The position numbers and the translations under genes are program-made. The notes beneath the pieces were generated by a model. It worked only from the letters and a program-made list of their open reading frames with translations. It was not told the origin of the DNA and ran no database searches. DNA of 64,000 nucleotides, from NCBI RefSeq assembly GCF_964355755.1, contig NC_092671.1, forward strand, positions 10,850,001-10,914,000, in the 5' to 3' direction. The stretch comes from Antedon mediterranea (Eukaryota; Animalia; Echinodermata). Below, one piece after another: positions 27,191-39,266 of this stretch; the first letter of the stretch is position 1; each line of letters starts with the position of its first letter.

Positions 27191-30100
27191 CTAGATGGTA
27201 CGCTCGCTTCGCTCGCGTACCATCTAGGTCGTTGCCACAGATGGTTCTCGAATACACAGTAATTTCAGCGTAACAAAACTGGCGATTTCAAATGTACGTA
27301 CCGCAGGACTATAGGCCTATACATTGTCGTTTACAGAAACAAATAAATAGACACGATGAGTTATGTAGTCAACTAAAATTAGCACCCTGGGAATTACTTC
27401 CGAAGGAGAAACTTATCACAAAATGAGTCCAAGTTTTTGATTTGGACTCATTTAAAGAAACCCAATTTGTGTTTTGTATGTAACATTAGGGTTGAGGGAT
27501 GGGAAAGCGGATAGGTACAAAGAGGAACAATTTTTAAATATATTCTTTATCCACTCAGTAACGAAATATTTTTTTCATGTTTTATAGGCCTATAAATAAT
27601 ATACCTCTAAATACAGTAAAACATTTGCGATTTAATACTTTTTTTATTTTATTTATTTATTTATTTCTTTTAAATATTCATTGTACACTAATTTTCCCCG
27701 TGTATGGCAAGAGATTCCTAATTATATTAGAGAACATTCTTTATTTAGTGTAGTTAAAACTGTCACTGTCATAATCGATTGAAATATTAAAGTACCATGT
27801 CACGATACACCACTACGACGTTTATATTTGGTAATTATTAATTAATACAAACGTTGAGAAAGAACTGTCAGTATAAAGTTTATTTGTATATAATAATGTG
27901 TTTATATATCTAACAGTAGAGCCTATCCACAATCTCGCAAGTTTATTCTCAAAGGGCCCATATATTTACCTACCGTATGTGTTAAACCAAGGGCTCATAA
28001 ATTTACCTACAGTACTTGTGTTAAACCAAATTCTGGCAGACTGAGAGATTGGGATGTTCCATTCATCGCAAATCAATAGATTTGTATAATCGTATATTAA
28101 ATCTATCAAAATAGTATTTTTTAAAGAAAATCGGCCTGTCTTCAACATTATGATGGTGTACTCTAGCTGTTCAACCGGTTTTCAGCCATTAAAAACAATT
28201 ATCGTAGGAGGAGATAGGAAAATGCGAAGCCTCCTCGCATTTTTGTGGCGGGTATTTTTCAAGACGGACATCCATTAGACAGTGTATACCACGATCGGAA
28301 AACACCCCTATTTGGGGCAAATCTTAGAACCTAAATTCGTTTTAACCGTCAATAACTAATTATCTAACTTAATTTAATTAGTAAACAGGGTTACATCAGG
28401 TGGTTAAAATCAGTACCGAAAGTACGAACCAACTTTATATACCATCGAGTAAAAATTATAGAAGTAAGGCGCGATTTACCGAATTTTGTCCTTACGTAAA
28501 TTTATATATAGACTAGATGGCACGCTCGCTTCGCTCGCGTACCATCTAGGGGTGCTCACAGATGGTTCTCGAATACAGTAGAATCCACGGACGGGGACTT
28601 TTTTGGGACACTAAACAAAAACGGAAGTGTCCCCCTAATTGGGGTATTCAGAAATAGAGACAACAAAACCAATACTGGATTCCATAAAGGACAATTAATT
28701 TATGTGGATTAAAGAAATTAGGGAGAAATGGAAATGTATGTACGGGAATTGGGCGGCGGCACGTGGTTGTGGTGATGGAACCGCAGTAATAAAGTTGATT
28801 GTATTTATATATTATAAGAACCAAACTAAATAAATAGACCTAGACATTCTGCGAAATGGAAATCGGAAATTCAAGCTCCTATTCAGTGAAAAATTAAACT
28901 GTAGTCTACCTAAATATTTAGGGCAAATCATCGGTTGTGGTGTTGAACTTCCTGTAAACATTTGTGTGAACCAAACTGGGTCGAATTTCTGTCATGAGTA
29001 CTGATTTGTTGGCCTGTGATTTATGACGCCTAAGGGATCTATCTAGACTTATTTTTTAGAATAATGTACGTACCTGTCAGATACAATTGTCTTGTGTCGT
29101 ATAATAAATAAGTACTGTAATAGTTACTGAAGTTACTATTACAATCTCGTCAATGAAAACACGAAAATGTATATGCACTTACTTATGAAAACGTATACAG
29201 TATTATACTCAGTTATTGAAACAGTAGGTTTAAAAAAGTTTCGTTTGTCTGTAAAATGATGTAATCAAGCTGTTTACATGAGTCTTAATTTATAAGCACA
29301 TCAATAATAAAATAGTTTATCTATCCTGTAATTGGCGAGATTATGGTCGCTGTTGAATGAAATAAAGCCAATCGGTATCATATTTGTACAGAAACGTTTT
29401 CGCGGCCGAAGGGTGTAACCTAAATTCGTTGTATTATCGTCAAGAACTAACTGTAACTAAACTTACATAGAAAGTAGGGTATCATAAATTTGGCCTTAGC
29501 ACTCGGGGGAGTGGCTAAGATGAAGTCCGTGGGACTACTAAATATAAATTGTAATGAACCTCGAGGGACATAAAAAGGAATATTTCATGTTTCATTATCA
29601 ATGTATAATAAATGGAAACTGTTTACCGATTAAAATAATAGAAATTGGTTTTTTAACATTTTCCGAACCTATTGCAAGTTTATTCTCAAAGGGCCCATAT
29701 ATTTACCTACCGTATGTGTTAAACCAAGGGCTCATAAATTTACCTACAGTACTTGTGTTAAACCAAACTGGATGTTCCATTCATCGCAAATCAATACATT
29801 TGTATAATCGTATATTAAATCTATCAAAATAGTATTTTTTAAAGAAAATCGGCCTGTCTTCAACATTATGATGGTGTACTCTAGCAATCTATCAAAATAG
29901 TATTTTTAAAAGAAAATCGGCCTGTCTTCAACATTATGATGGTGTACTCTAGCTGTTCAACCGGTTTTCAGCTATTAAAAACAATTATCGTAGGAGGAGA
30001 TAGGAAAATGCGAAGCCTCCTCGCTATGTAACATTAGGGTTGAGGGATGGGAAAGCGGATAGGTACAAAGAGGAACAATTTTTAAATATATTCTTTATCC

Positions 30101-31056
30101 ACTGAGTAACGAAATATTTTGTTCATGTTTTATAGGCCTATAAATAATATACCTCTAAATACAGTAGGCCTAAAACATTTGCGATTTAATACTTTGTTAA
30201 AACTGTCACTGTCATAATCGATTGAAATATTAAAGTACATGTCATGATACACCACTACGACGTTTATATTTTTGGTAATTATTAATTAATACAAACGTTG
30301 AGAAGGAACTGTCAGTATAAAGTTTATTTGTATATCTAACAGTAGAGCCTATCCACAGTCTCAGTAATAAAGTTTATTTGTATATATTTTTATATTACAT
30401 CTAACAGTACGAACATTCACAGTAAGAAATGTTCGATTCAAATGAAAAATAGTTAATAGGTATTTACAGTATTGTCAAAGTATTGCAAGTTTATTCTCAA
30501 AGGGCCCATATATTTACCTACCGTATGTGTTAAACCAAGGGCTCATAAATTTACCTACAGTACTTGTGTTAAAACTCTGGCAGACTGAGAGATTGGGATG
30601 TTCCATTCATCGCAAATCAATACATTTGTATAATCGTATATTAAATCTATCAAAATAGTATTTTTTAAAGAAAATCGGCCTGTCTTCAACATTATGATGG
30701 TGTACTCTAGCTGTTCAACCGGTTTTCAGCTATTAAAAACAATTATCGTAGGAGGAGATAGAAAAATGCGAAGCCTCCTCGCATTTTTTTGGCGGGTATT
30801 TTTCAAGATGGACATCCATTAGACAGTGTATACCACGATCGGAAAACACCCCTATTTGGGGCAAATCTTTGAACCTAAATTCGTTTTAATCGTCAATAAC
30901 TAATTATCTAACTCAATTTAATTAGTAAACAGGGTTACATCAGGCGGTTAAAATCAGTACCGAAAGTACGAACCAACTTTACATACCATCGAGTGAAAAT
31001 TCTAGAAGTAAGGCGCGATTTACCGAATTTTGCCCTTACGTAAATTTATATATAGA
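27191..31056 (-). mobile_element. Non-autonomous Helitron-like element, head-to-tail dimer with internal duplications
   Basis: On the minus strand it starts A|TC at 31056 and ends in a palindrome plus CTAG|T at 27191. The internal junction CTAG|TC lies at 28513/28512. Segments 27936-28512 and 30484-31056 are near-identical, with further partial copies at 29670-30360. No Rep/helicase ORF is present. Confidence 0.75.
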
Positions 31057-31817
31057 TACATTATGAAATAAATTAGTTATTATGCAGCCTATAACAAGTT
31101 GTTGATTAACATGTTTATTAAAATCTGGTTGATTGATTGACGATTGACAATGATTATTGCAAAAATTCTACAATATTATGACAAATCGCCCTATTATATT
31201 CGCCATTAGGCCTACTTGCCTACATTACTAGTCCTAGTATTTAGTACAACTTAGACTCGTTAATATATGACTTGTGATGGTCAGTTAGAATATGTTTAGT
31301 CACAGCTGCTGAATCAGGTGCATTACAGCTTAACAACAGATATTCTCGATTTCCTATTTGGAAACACACGGTATACACGGTAAACCTTACTTTAATAGAT
31401 AATTCTACCAACACAAAGCCATTACGATGATATAATATTGGCAATTTTCATGACAATTATTGATGAAAAAACTAGTGTGATATCGTGAAAGCGAAAGATT
31501 GTATCAGTAACATAACAGCAACTTCAATTATATAATTCGCTATTGTACTAGATTATGTAAATTTATTCATAAAACAATAAATGTTGTTATTCGTAATTCA
31601 TTAAAGGTATATATATATTATTATATTTTTAAACAATTAATGATGAATTTTGTTGAAAACTCACAAGAAGCATCAGCAATTATATACAAGGAAAGAAAGT
31701 TTACTTTGTTTTTTATTGTTATGATTTTCTTTTCCGGAACCATTCAAAAGTATCAACACGTGATTATTACGTTCGTATACGCATTGTTATGTCTATTATA
31801 TGGAAACATTTCAGAGA

Positions 31818-31828
31818 GGGAAATCCCC
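31818..31828 (+). promoter_or_regulatory. kappaB site just upstream of cluster gene C
   Basis: GGGAAATCCCC lies about 70 bp before the ATG at 31895. An IRF/ISRE-like GAAAGCGAAAG lies at 31487-31497. Confidence 0.45.
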
Positions 31829-31894
31829 ACTAAAATTGCCGATATCACGATATCACATGAAATGTCGTACATCATTAGAGTCTAAAAAATAAAC

Positions 31895-33832
31895 ATGTCG
31901 ACATCGCCGTTTGCATTATATATTGTTTTTTGTGTTGTTAGTATAAATGTTTTTCAAATCTTTGCTAACCAAAGGTAAGTTTTGTCTGTTTAAACATCAG
32001 TATTATTTTTTAGATTAGATTAGGTTTTATATTTGTGGTTTTGTTTTTCGTATGTAGTAATAGTATCTCTAGATGGACTGTAACCAAAATAGACAAGTTT
32101 AAAATACAAATAAAATGTTTATTCATTTAATTTATCTTTATTTAAGAATTTCGGCATACATTTGACACAACAAGTCGTTTATTCACTGAACTCTACAGCA
32201 AAAAACGCTTACAATTGGGTACTCTAGCACAGTGTCTGAGTCTGATGTTTAGGTTAACATTGAATTTCGTCTTCCAGTGAAACGATAGGCCTAATCAATG
32301 GTTTTATAACATAGGTTGGGTAGAACTCTGAAGTGATACTTTCCATATCTCCTTTCTGGAACTATAAATCCACAGTCTGAGCCTGGTTAGAATTTTGAAT
32401 AAAAGTGTAGAGTAAGAAATATACATTATTCGAAGAAATAATTATAAAGCCGTCATTTTGGGTTTTTTAGGTCGCGTAATACTGGTTGTCAACAAAGGAG
32501 GAACAACTGCAATGGTAATAGAATGAGTTAAGTGAGGATACAATAACTTATTTAAAGTAATATACACATTGTATTAAATATTGTATTTAATATATAGATA
32601 AACACATTAACATATCCAAGAGAGGAGGCAGTCAATACGAGTATTAACTCATTCACATAAAGGTACGAACAACGGCATAAATAAAAAGCATCTCCTAAAT
32701 TGGGAACTGGTCGCATTATTTACGGGAAGTGTCCCCTGAATAGGAATGTTTCAAAGGAGGAGTTGTACTGTGTTTTTTAAATACAACACGGGATTCAACA
32801 CCAGTGGTATTAGTACTACCATGGAGCTAACATACTACTACTACCATGGTACTACTAACAACTGTTAGAAAAATAGATATATTTTCTTCATTGTATATTA
32901 CTATTATGTTTATTAGGAGGTAAGAATAAGACCGAACTGGACGAAGATTCCGAGGACGATGGAATGAGTATAATCACTATTGTATGTCTAGTGGTCGGTG
33001 TTACCATCGTGGCAATAGGCATTCTCGTCACTATTTGTTACTGGATACGGACGAAACATAATACAAATAGGTAAAACATTATTGCAGTGGTTGATCCATG
33101 ACTTTCAATTCGGGCCCGCCTACGCAAATATATTCACGAGAACGTCATAACATTTCCTATTTACTATTAAAACCTATTTTAAGATAATTATAAGCTATCC
33201 AATTGTAGTCAGAGAACAGAGGTCACTTAAAATTCGAGAACAATTGTGGTTAGACTGACATCACTAATAATAGTGATATATAAATTCACAGGCAGTATTG
33301 TTGTCTATGAGCGTGAGAGATAATGACTGACCCGTCGGACATGTTATTTATTTAATTAATTTAATGCATTGTAATGTTCACTTTGAATCTACATCACTTT
33401 TGACGTGTTTATCCTTTATTTTACCTTAGGTCAGCACCACCAGCTACTAGTACTTTTGATAATAAAAAAACCAAACCAGTTGGTAAGTCAATAATAATAA
33501 TGACAATAAACCTAAACTACTTTAATATAATTTTTGAATATTTTCTTTTTCATTTAACTTTGTATTTGTTTTTTTTTTCTCAAGATGATGAAACCGTTTG
33601 CATCCGGCCACTGCCTCAAGAAACTCTTCCTATGTCACCACATACCGTGCACACTTATGAAGAAGTTGGTCCGGCGTACACAAGCCTACAACCGACAGGG
33701 GATGGTGACATAAGCACTCCTAATACGCATGTTGTCAACAGTAACAGTGATGCTGGATTAAGAGTAGACAGTTTGTCAATTGAAACTTCACTTTCAAATG
33801 TAGATGGTTATGACGAATTGAGACTTAAATAA
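31895..33832 (+). CDS. Single-pass receptor-like protein, cluster gene C (minimal ectodomain, medium Tyr-motif tail), about 192 aa
   Basis: Exons 31895-31974 (signal peptide), 32471-32514, 32917-33070 (TM ending IGILVTICYWI, as in gene B), 33430-33482 and 33585-33832 (PLP..TYEEVGPAYTSL..YDEL). Phases 2,1,2,1. Confidence 0.75.
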
Positions 33833-34403
33833 GTTCAAAGAAATATTCAATCGAAACTAAAATTTCGATGACTATAAAGAAACTCACTCGAAATCAAGAG
33901 AGTTTTGAAGATGCAACAGAAGGCCGCTCGCATAGCATCTCTAGAGAACGAAAATAATGGGAGAGACGAAGTGTATCATGATAATAACTTACCATATTAT
34001 CTAACAATATCAGTAGAATTTGTTTAGAATAACAATAATTGTAAGCTCTAAATTCTGTCTTCCATATTTGACAAAAGCAAATGGTAAATAACCTACAAAT
34101 TTGTAAATTTAATAGTATTGCTCAATCTGAACGAACACTGTGGACACTGATGCGTAAACACTCTTTTTTCATCACAAAAGAAAGGGTCACAGCGACGACG
34201 AACTAAGACGGCAGTAGGTCTGTTTCGTATTAGGCCTGTTTCGTATACAGTACTTAGTCCTTAGTATGAGTTAGAATTAAGCATTGCTGTTCCACACTTT
34301 CGCATAACAGTAATACTTTAGTAAAATAAATCGTTGAGAAACTACAACGAATGACAGAAAACTACTGTACTTTTTAAGATTTATTTGATCGTGAAATTAT
34401 ATA

Positions 34404-37114
34404 ATGCTGAAACTTGTTTCGTATATTGTCATTTTGATGACAATTACAAGCTACATAGACGCTCAGACTTGCAGGTAAGCATATGTTGAAGATTTATTTT
34501 ATTAATATGATTGAAATTGCTTTTTATAGAAAACATCCCTTTAGTTATTCGCTTTAGTGATTTCTTTATCAATATTTTTGTTTTCTGTTAGAGTATATAA
34601 ATTATATTTAATATTTTTTTTGGCTAGATTGCATTTCCATCCAGTACAGATTTTTATACTATTGTATTTTGAGAAGCAATGAATTAATTTCGTTTGAAAC
34701 AATATTACATATTTATTTTTATTGGATTTGCATAGAACAATACCGTCCGATGTGTGTAGCAGCGTCTTAGACACGGTATGTTCTGTTAGAATTAAGTTTC
34801 TATGTATGCCTTCTTGTGACAAATGTGGACAAGAGCTTGGCCCGACTTTCATACACGAAGGTTCGTAAATAAATCAAAATAGTGAAACAAATAAATCCTT
34901 AAGCTCGGTTCTCACTAGAATACAACGCAAGGACGTAAGCGAAACACAAGGACGTAAGCGCAACACAAGGGCGTAAGCGCAACACAAGGGCGTAAGCGCA
35001 ACGCAAGGACATAAGCACAACGCAAGGACGTTAGCGTAGCGCAATTGAGTTAACCCAATCACTGGCGATAGTTTGGATGATCCATCACGTCGTAATTGGT
35101 CTTTTTTTGGCGAAATGAAAAATAGGAAGATGATGTGGGGAATATGGTTGGGTATAAAGTGTCATAATTAAAATCTGAACCAATGACGACAATGTTGATT
35201 ATGACGACGATAATGATTTCGTTATAACGATTTCTAATTTCGTGTTATGGTTGTTGCTGTAGACTGGCGATGAATGTACTGGATTTGAAGAACGCTTGGG
35301 AATATATAGGCTTACGTATTATTGATAATTGAATGATGTTTAAAGCTCTGTCTACACTATCAAACTTTATGTGATAAAAAAAAATGTGATGTGCTCATAT
35401 TTGGACATGATGATGTCACATCACTACCATATTTAAGCATATCACTAACATATTTGGGCATATCACACTTTCTTGGTAAAACTAGTTTGATACTGCAGAC
35501 AGAGCTTAAGTGATGAATATCCTATATTCTAAATAACGAGTATTCAAAATAATGAATGAATATTTATAAATTGTTTTTGTTTTATAGTTTGTGATTCTAT
35601 GGAATCAACGAATGATAAGTGCGGGATGTTTACGAATAAGTGTATTGAACAATGTGAAGGGGCAGGTTCGGTGACGACATACCCAGGTAACGATGTATTA
35701 GTGTATTGTTTTGGTAGTTAATGTGTAGGAGAATATAGTAAATGTAAACCTAATGTGTGTATATATATATATATATATATACACTATATATAAAATGTAA
35801 TCATGTTCTCATAAGCACAAAATACAAACAAATAATTTTTAATTTCACCATTAATTTTGTTTGTAGAGATGTTTTCCCCTTACACTAATATTGTGATTGT
35901 GAATTTTAATTTATATTAGAGACATTCCCCAGGGGTGATCGGACCATACCTCGAATACGAAGTCGTATTCCAATTACAGGACTTGTTGTTAGACCTACGC
36001 CAGTGACTGCAATGACAACCATGACAAGTAAAACGAACACTATGGCCTCAAGTGGTGACAACGATACGCATGCAGATGATGGTGATGATGACAACACGGC
36101 TATGATTGTAGCTGTACTAGTAGTCTTAGCTATCATTGTAGTTCTTTGCATTGTAGCTGCTGCTTGGTACTTACTCAAAAAGAAATCAAAAGAAGGGTAG
36201 GTATTCAATAAAAAAAATTGTTCAAATCAGTTTATAAATGTCATACCGGATAGCACCAAATCACCGTATCTAGCCCATTCCAAACCTGTTAAAAGTCTTC
36301 CTGACTGATATGACTCTCCCCCTCCCCCACCACATGATTACTTCATTGTATTCATTATCCTGTTGAAATAAATTAAATTTAAATTAAATTAAAATACCAA
36401 TGTAAATGCACGTAACCGTTATGGTTCCAGGTGTAGACCTATCACCCGTGAAGCAGGGAAGATAAAAAAAAGTCTTTGTAAAATTAGATGGTATGGTAAC
36501 TTGAATCATTTTACTAACTGCCCGTTAATAAGAATTTGATGAAACCAAAACTAAACTTCTTTTATGTCTTTTCTCAATTTGAATAAAAGTATTCCAAATT
36601 ATAACATGGTAATAAAAACTATGTCATTCCCAGGAGCAAGAACGATTCCATCGCCTATACTGCAGATAATCTTACTTACGAGGGTACAGGTAAATTATTG
36701 TCAAATATCTTTTATGGGCTCGTCTCACTTTCATTTCAGTTTGCACTACAACTTATTTAAATATATACAAGTTCACTATAATAAGGCATATAATATGTAT
36801 ATTCTTTTGTATTATTAAAATATTAAAAACAAAGGTCATGTTCTCCATTTTTTAATGTCAAATGCAAGTGACGCGTACATATTTGTGATTATTGTTAAAA
36901 CGTGTTTTTTTTTTATGACATAGTAATTAGTATATTTAAAAATAAATTTACAATTATTAAAAACATTTACTTATGACCTACATACAATATATATTATACA
37001 GACATGCTATATGCCTATATTGTGTACTATGTTTTCTTGTGAAATAATGAAGAATTGTACAATACTATCTGATAACATTCTTTTTCTGCAGGTGAAGTAA
37101 ATAGGAATATATAG
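34404..37114 (+). CDS. Single-pass membrane protein, cluster gene D (two Cys-rich exons, Thr/Asp-rich stalk, short tail), about 216 aa
   Basis: Exons 34404-34474 (signal MLKLVSYIVILMTITSYIDAQTC), 34736-34860, 35588-35686, 35920 (or 35980)-36196 (TM MIVAVLVVLAIIVVLCIVAAAWYLL then KKKSK), 36634-36689 and 37092-37114. Phases 2,1,1,2,1. Confidence 0.7.
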
Positions 37115-37584
37115 GCGGAAACTACTCCCATATGTGGGGGTTATGTGCCCCACAAACAGGGAGAAGGCAGTGACTGGTAGAAGAAACATGAATGTGTATT
37201 CTGATTTCATTTTTACTAATATAGATATTTTTATGTACTATTATTTAATTACTAATGTAACCTTGTGACCTGCTGAACTTTGTATTACTGCACTATTCAC
37301 GAAAGGTCATACAAAGTTAAAACTACTGTATAAAGTGTTGAGGTGGGTTATTGAGATTTGATTAGGCCTAAAACAAGCCACCTACCGGTAATTTTAATAG
37401 AATGGGCATTCTCTAATTTTAAAGCTATGATAATATTTACGTATACTGTATAATACTCGATATAATATGAAATAATTTAAGGTATCCCTTTTTATGGTTT
37501 ATTTCAATTTGTCTGGTACTTGGCAATACATATTTAGATACGCGCCTTTTAGTCGTGAATAATAGTAATAATTAGATTACACTC

Positions 37585-37927
37585 TCTCTTACCTAAACCT
37601 CCCACACACAACCATCAGCTCCGACGCGTTAAATCGTTCACCCTCCCCAAATTCAGGACACAACGCACAACAAACTTCATTACTTTCCACGGAGTTTTCA
37701 ATGATTGGTGAATGATCAGAAACTGAGTTATGACAAGCAAATTGTGAACCCCTTTTGGTTTGTGTTACTGGATGTACTATGATGGCCATTGAAAGACTGA
37801 TTTGTGGACTATGATATATTTTAGTAACTAATTGTTTGGTCTGTGTTATACTATGTTTTTTTTTTCTTTGATAAAGTTTTTTAAATATTTATGTCAACTT
37901 CATCACTGTTTACTGGATGCAATAAAG
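37585..37927 (+). mobile_element. 3' fragment of a LINE
   Basis: Translates as LPKPPTHNHQLRRVKSFTLPKFRTQRTTNF, a LINE ORF2 C-terminal pattern, and ends at AATAAA 37921-37926. Confidence 0.5.
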
Positions 37928-39266
37928 GAGAAAGAATGAGAATTAGCATGCGTGTTTCAGTTTTATCTAACTCACCGTAACAAACAGATATCACAGACAG
38001 CTGAGGACGTCCTCTATCGACCTCAAAATAAAGGATAGTCCTCAACGACTGAATTCAACTCCTTGAATTTGATTCGCACACCAAAGTTATCGGCTGTTTG
38101 TGTTTGCTTTTGGAAAACACCAAATTATTTGTTTGTTTTTAAAAATGATTCGATACATACGTATTGTTTTTATTCTACACATAGGTAAGATTATAATTTT
38201 ATACTTTTAACTAGTTTAAATATAGGCCCTATAGTTTAAATAATAGACTAACCGATTTTTTTAACTTTTAGTGAATCCAATTTTTAGACTTTTAGATTTA
38301 GTATTGAAGTTGAAGATCAATCAATCAATTATTGTATTCATTTAAATAAATAAGTAGGCCATGTGGCTCAAATAAAGTTGGTTTTTTAACTGGTTATGTT
38401 AGCTGGACTGTAGCTTGGTAGTGAACATGTTTAATTTGCAGCCAAGATCCTTGGTCTAGCAGAACAGAACTTACAAACTATTAAGCCATTATAGGCATAC
38501 AATTGTGACTAAATTTTTGTGATTAGATAATTGTCTTGTCGCAATAGTTCTGTAATTAAATCATAATTGATAAGACCAATTAAAACAATTTTATTTCATA
38601 TTTACACAGTGTAATTTCCCAGGAGATTGATTGTAAGATTGTTTTATAATATTATTCAAAAGACTCATTTAATTGTCTTTCAAAAAACAATTCCTGAAAC
38701 TGTACAGCATATTTATTAGGAAGGAAGGACAATTGTGTTGTCGCTAGAGAGAGAGATAGAGATGCGTGTTGATGGTGCGTCAATGTGCGTCGCGTTTCGA
38801 ATACGGCGCACGTATCCTGGCTACCGATACTATAACAACACCTATCCAAACAAACCACATCAGTTCTTCGCTGGAAGCTAAACCAGTAACATCGTTTCGA
38901 TAATCGTCTCATAAAGTCGTATTGAATTTTATTAACTTTTCTTCTAAAATATTTCAAAGTAATATTAAATTGGTAAGCTTATTTTTTGTTCTTTAATACT
39001 CTCCCACGCCCGCTTAGATTAGATGAATCAGGGCGACAGAGAGATGTTTTTATTAATAATATTAGGCCTAACAAATAATAATATTAGGCCTAACAAATAA
39101 TAACGTTAGGCCTAGCCTAGCAACGTGTATGAACTATGATGTTATGAACAGATCTATTCAATGATGATAATAACGGCATGAATTTCGGAAGAAAATACCA
39201 AATTCATCTAGGCCTACGTCCAGATATAAATTTCAAAGAAATTTTCTTATCGAATTTCAGCAAATA

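Noticed and set aside
34874-35062. Cys/Leu-repeat ORF
   Set aside because: It is the translation of internal 19-bp repeats of a MITE.
35263-35316. Extra Cys-containing exon in gene D (TGDECTGFEERLG)
   Set aside because: It gives an immediate stop after the phase-1 upstream exon and has no phase-compatible donor. It may be a decayed exon.
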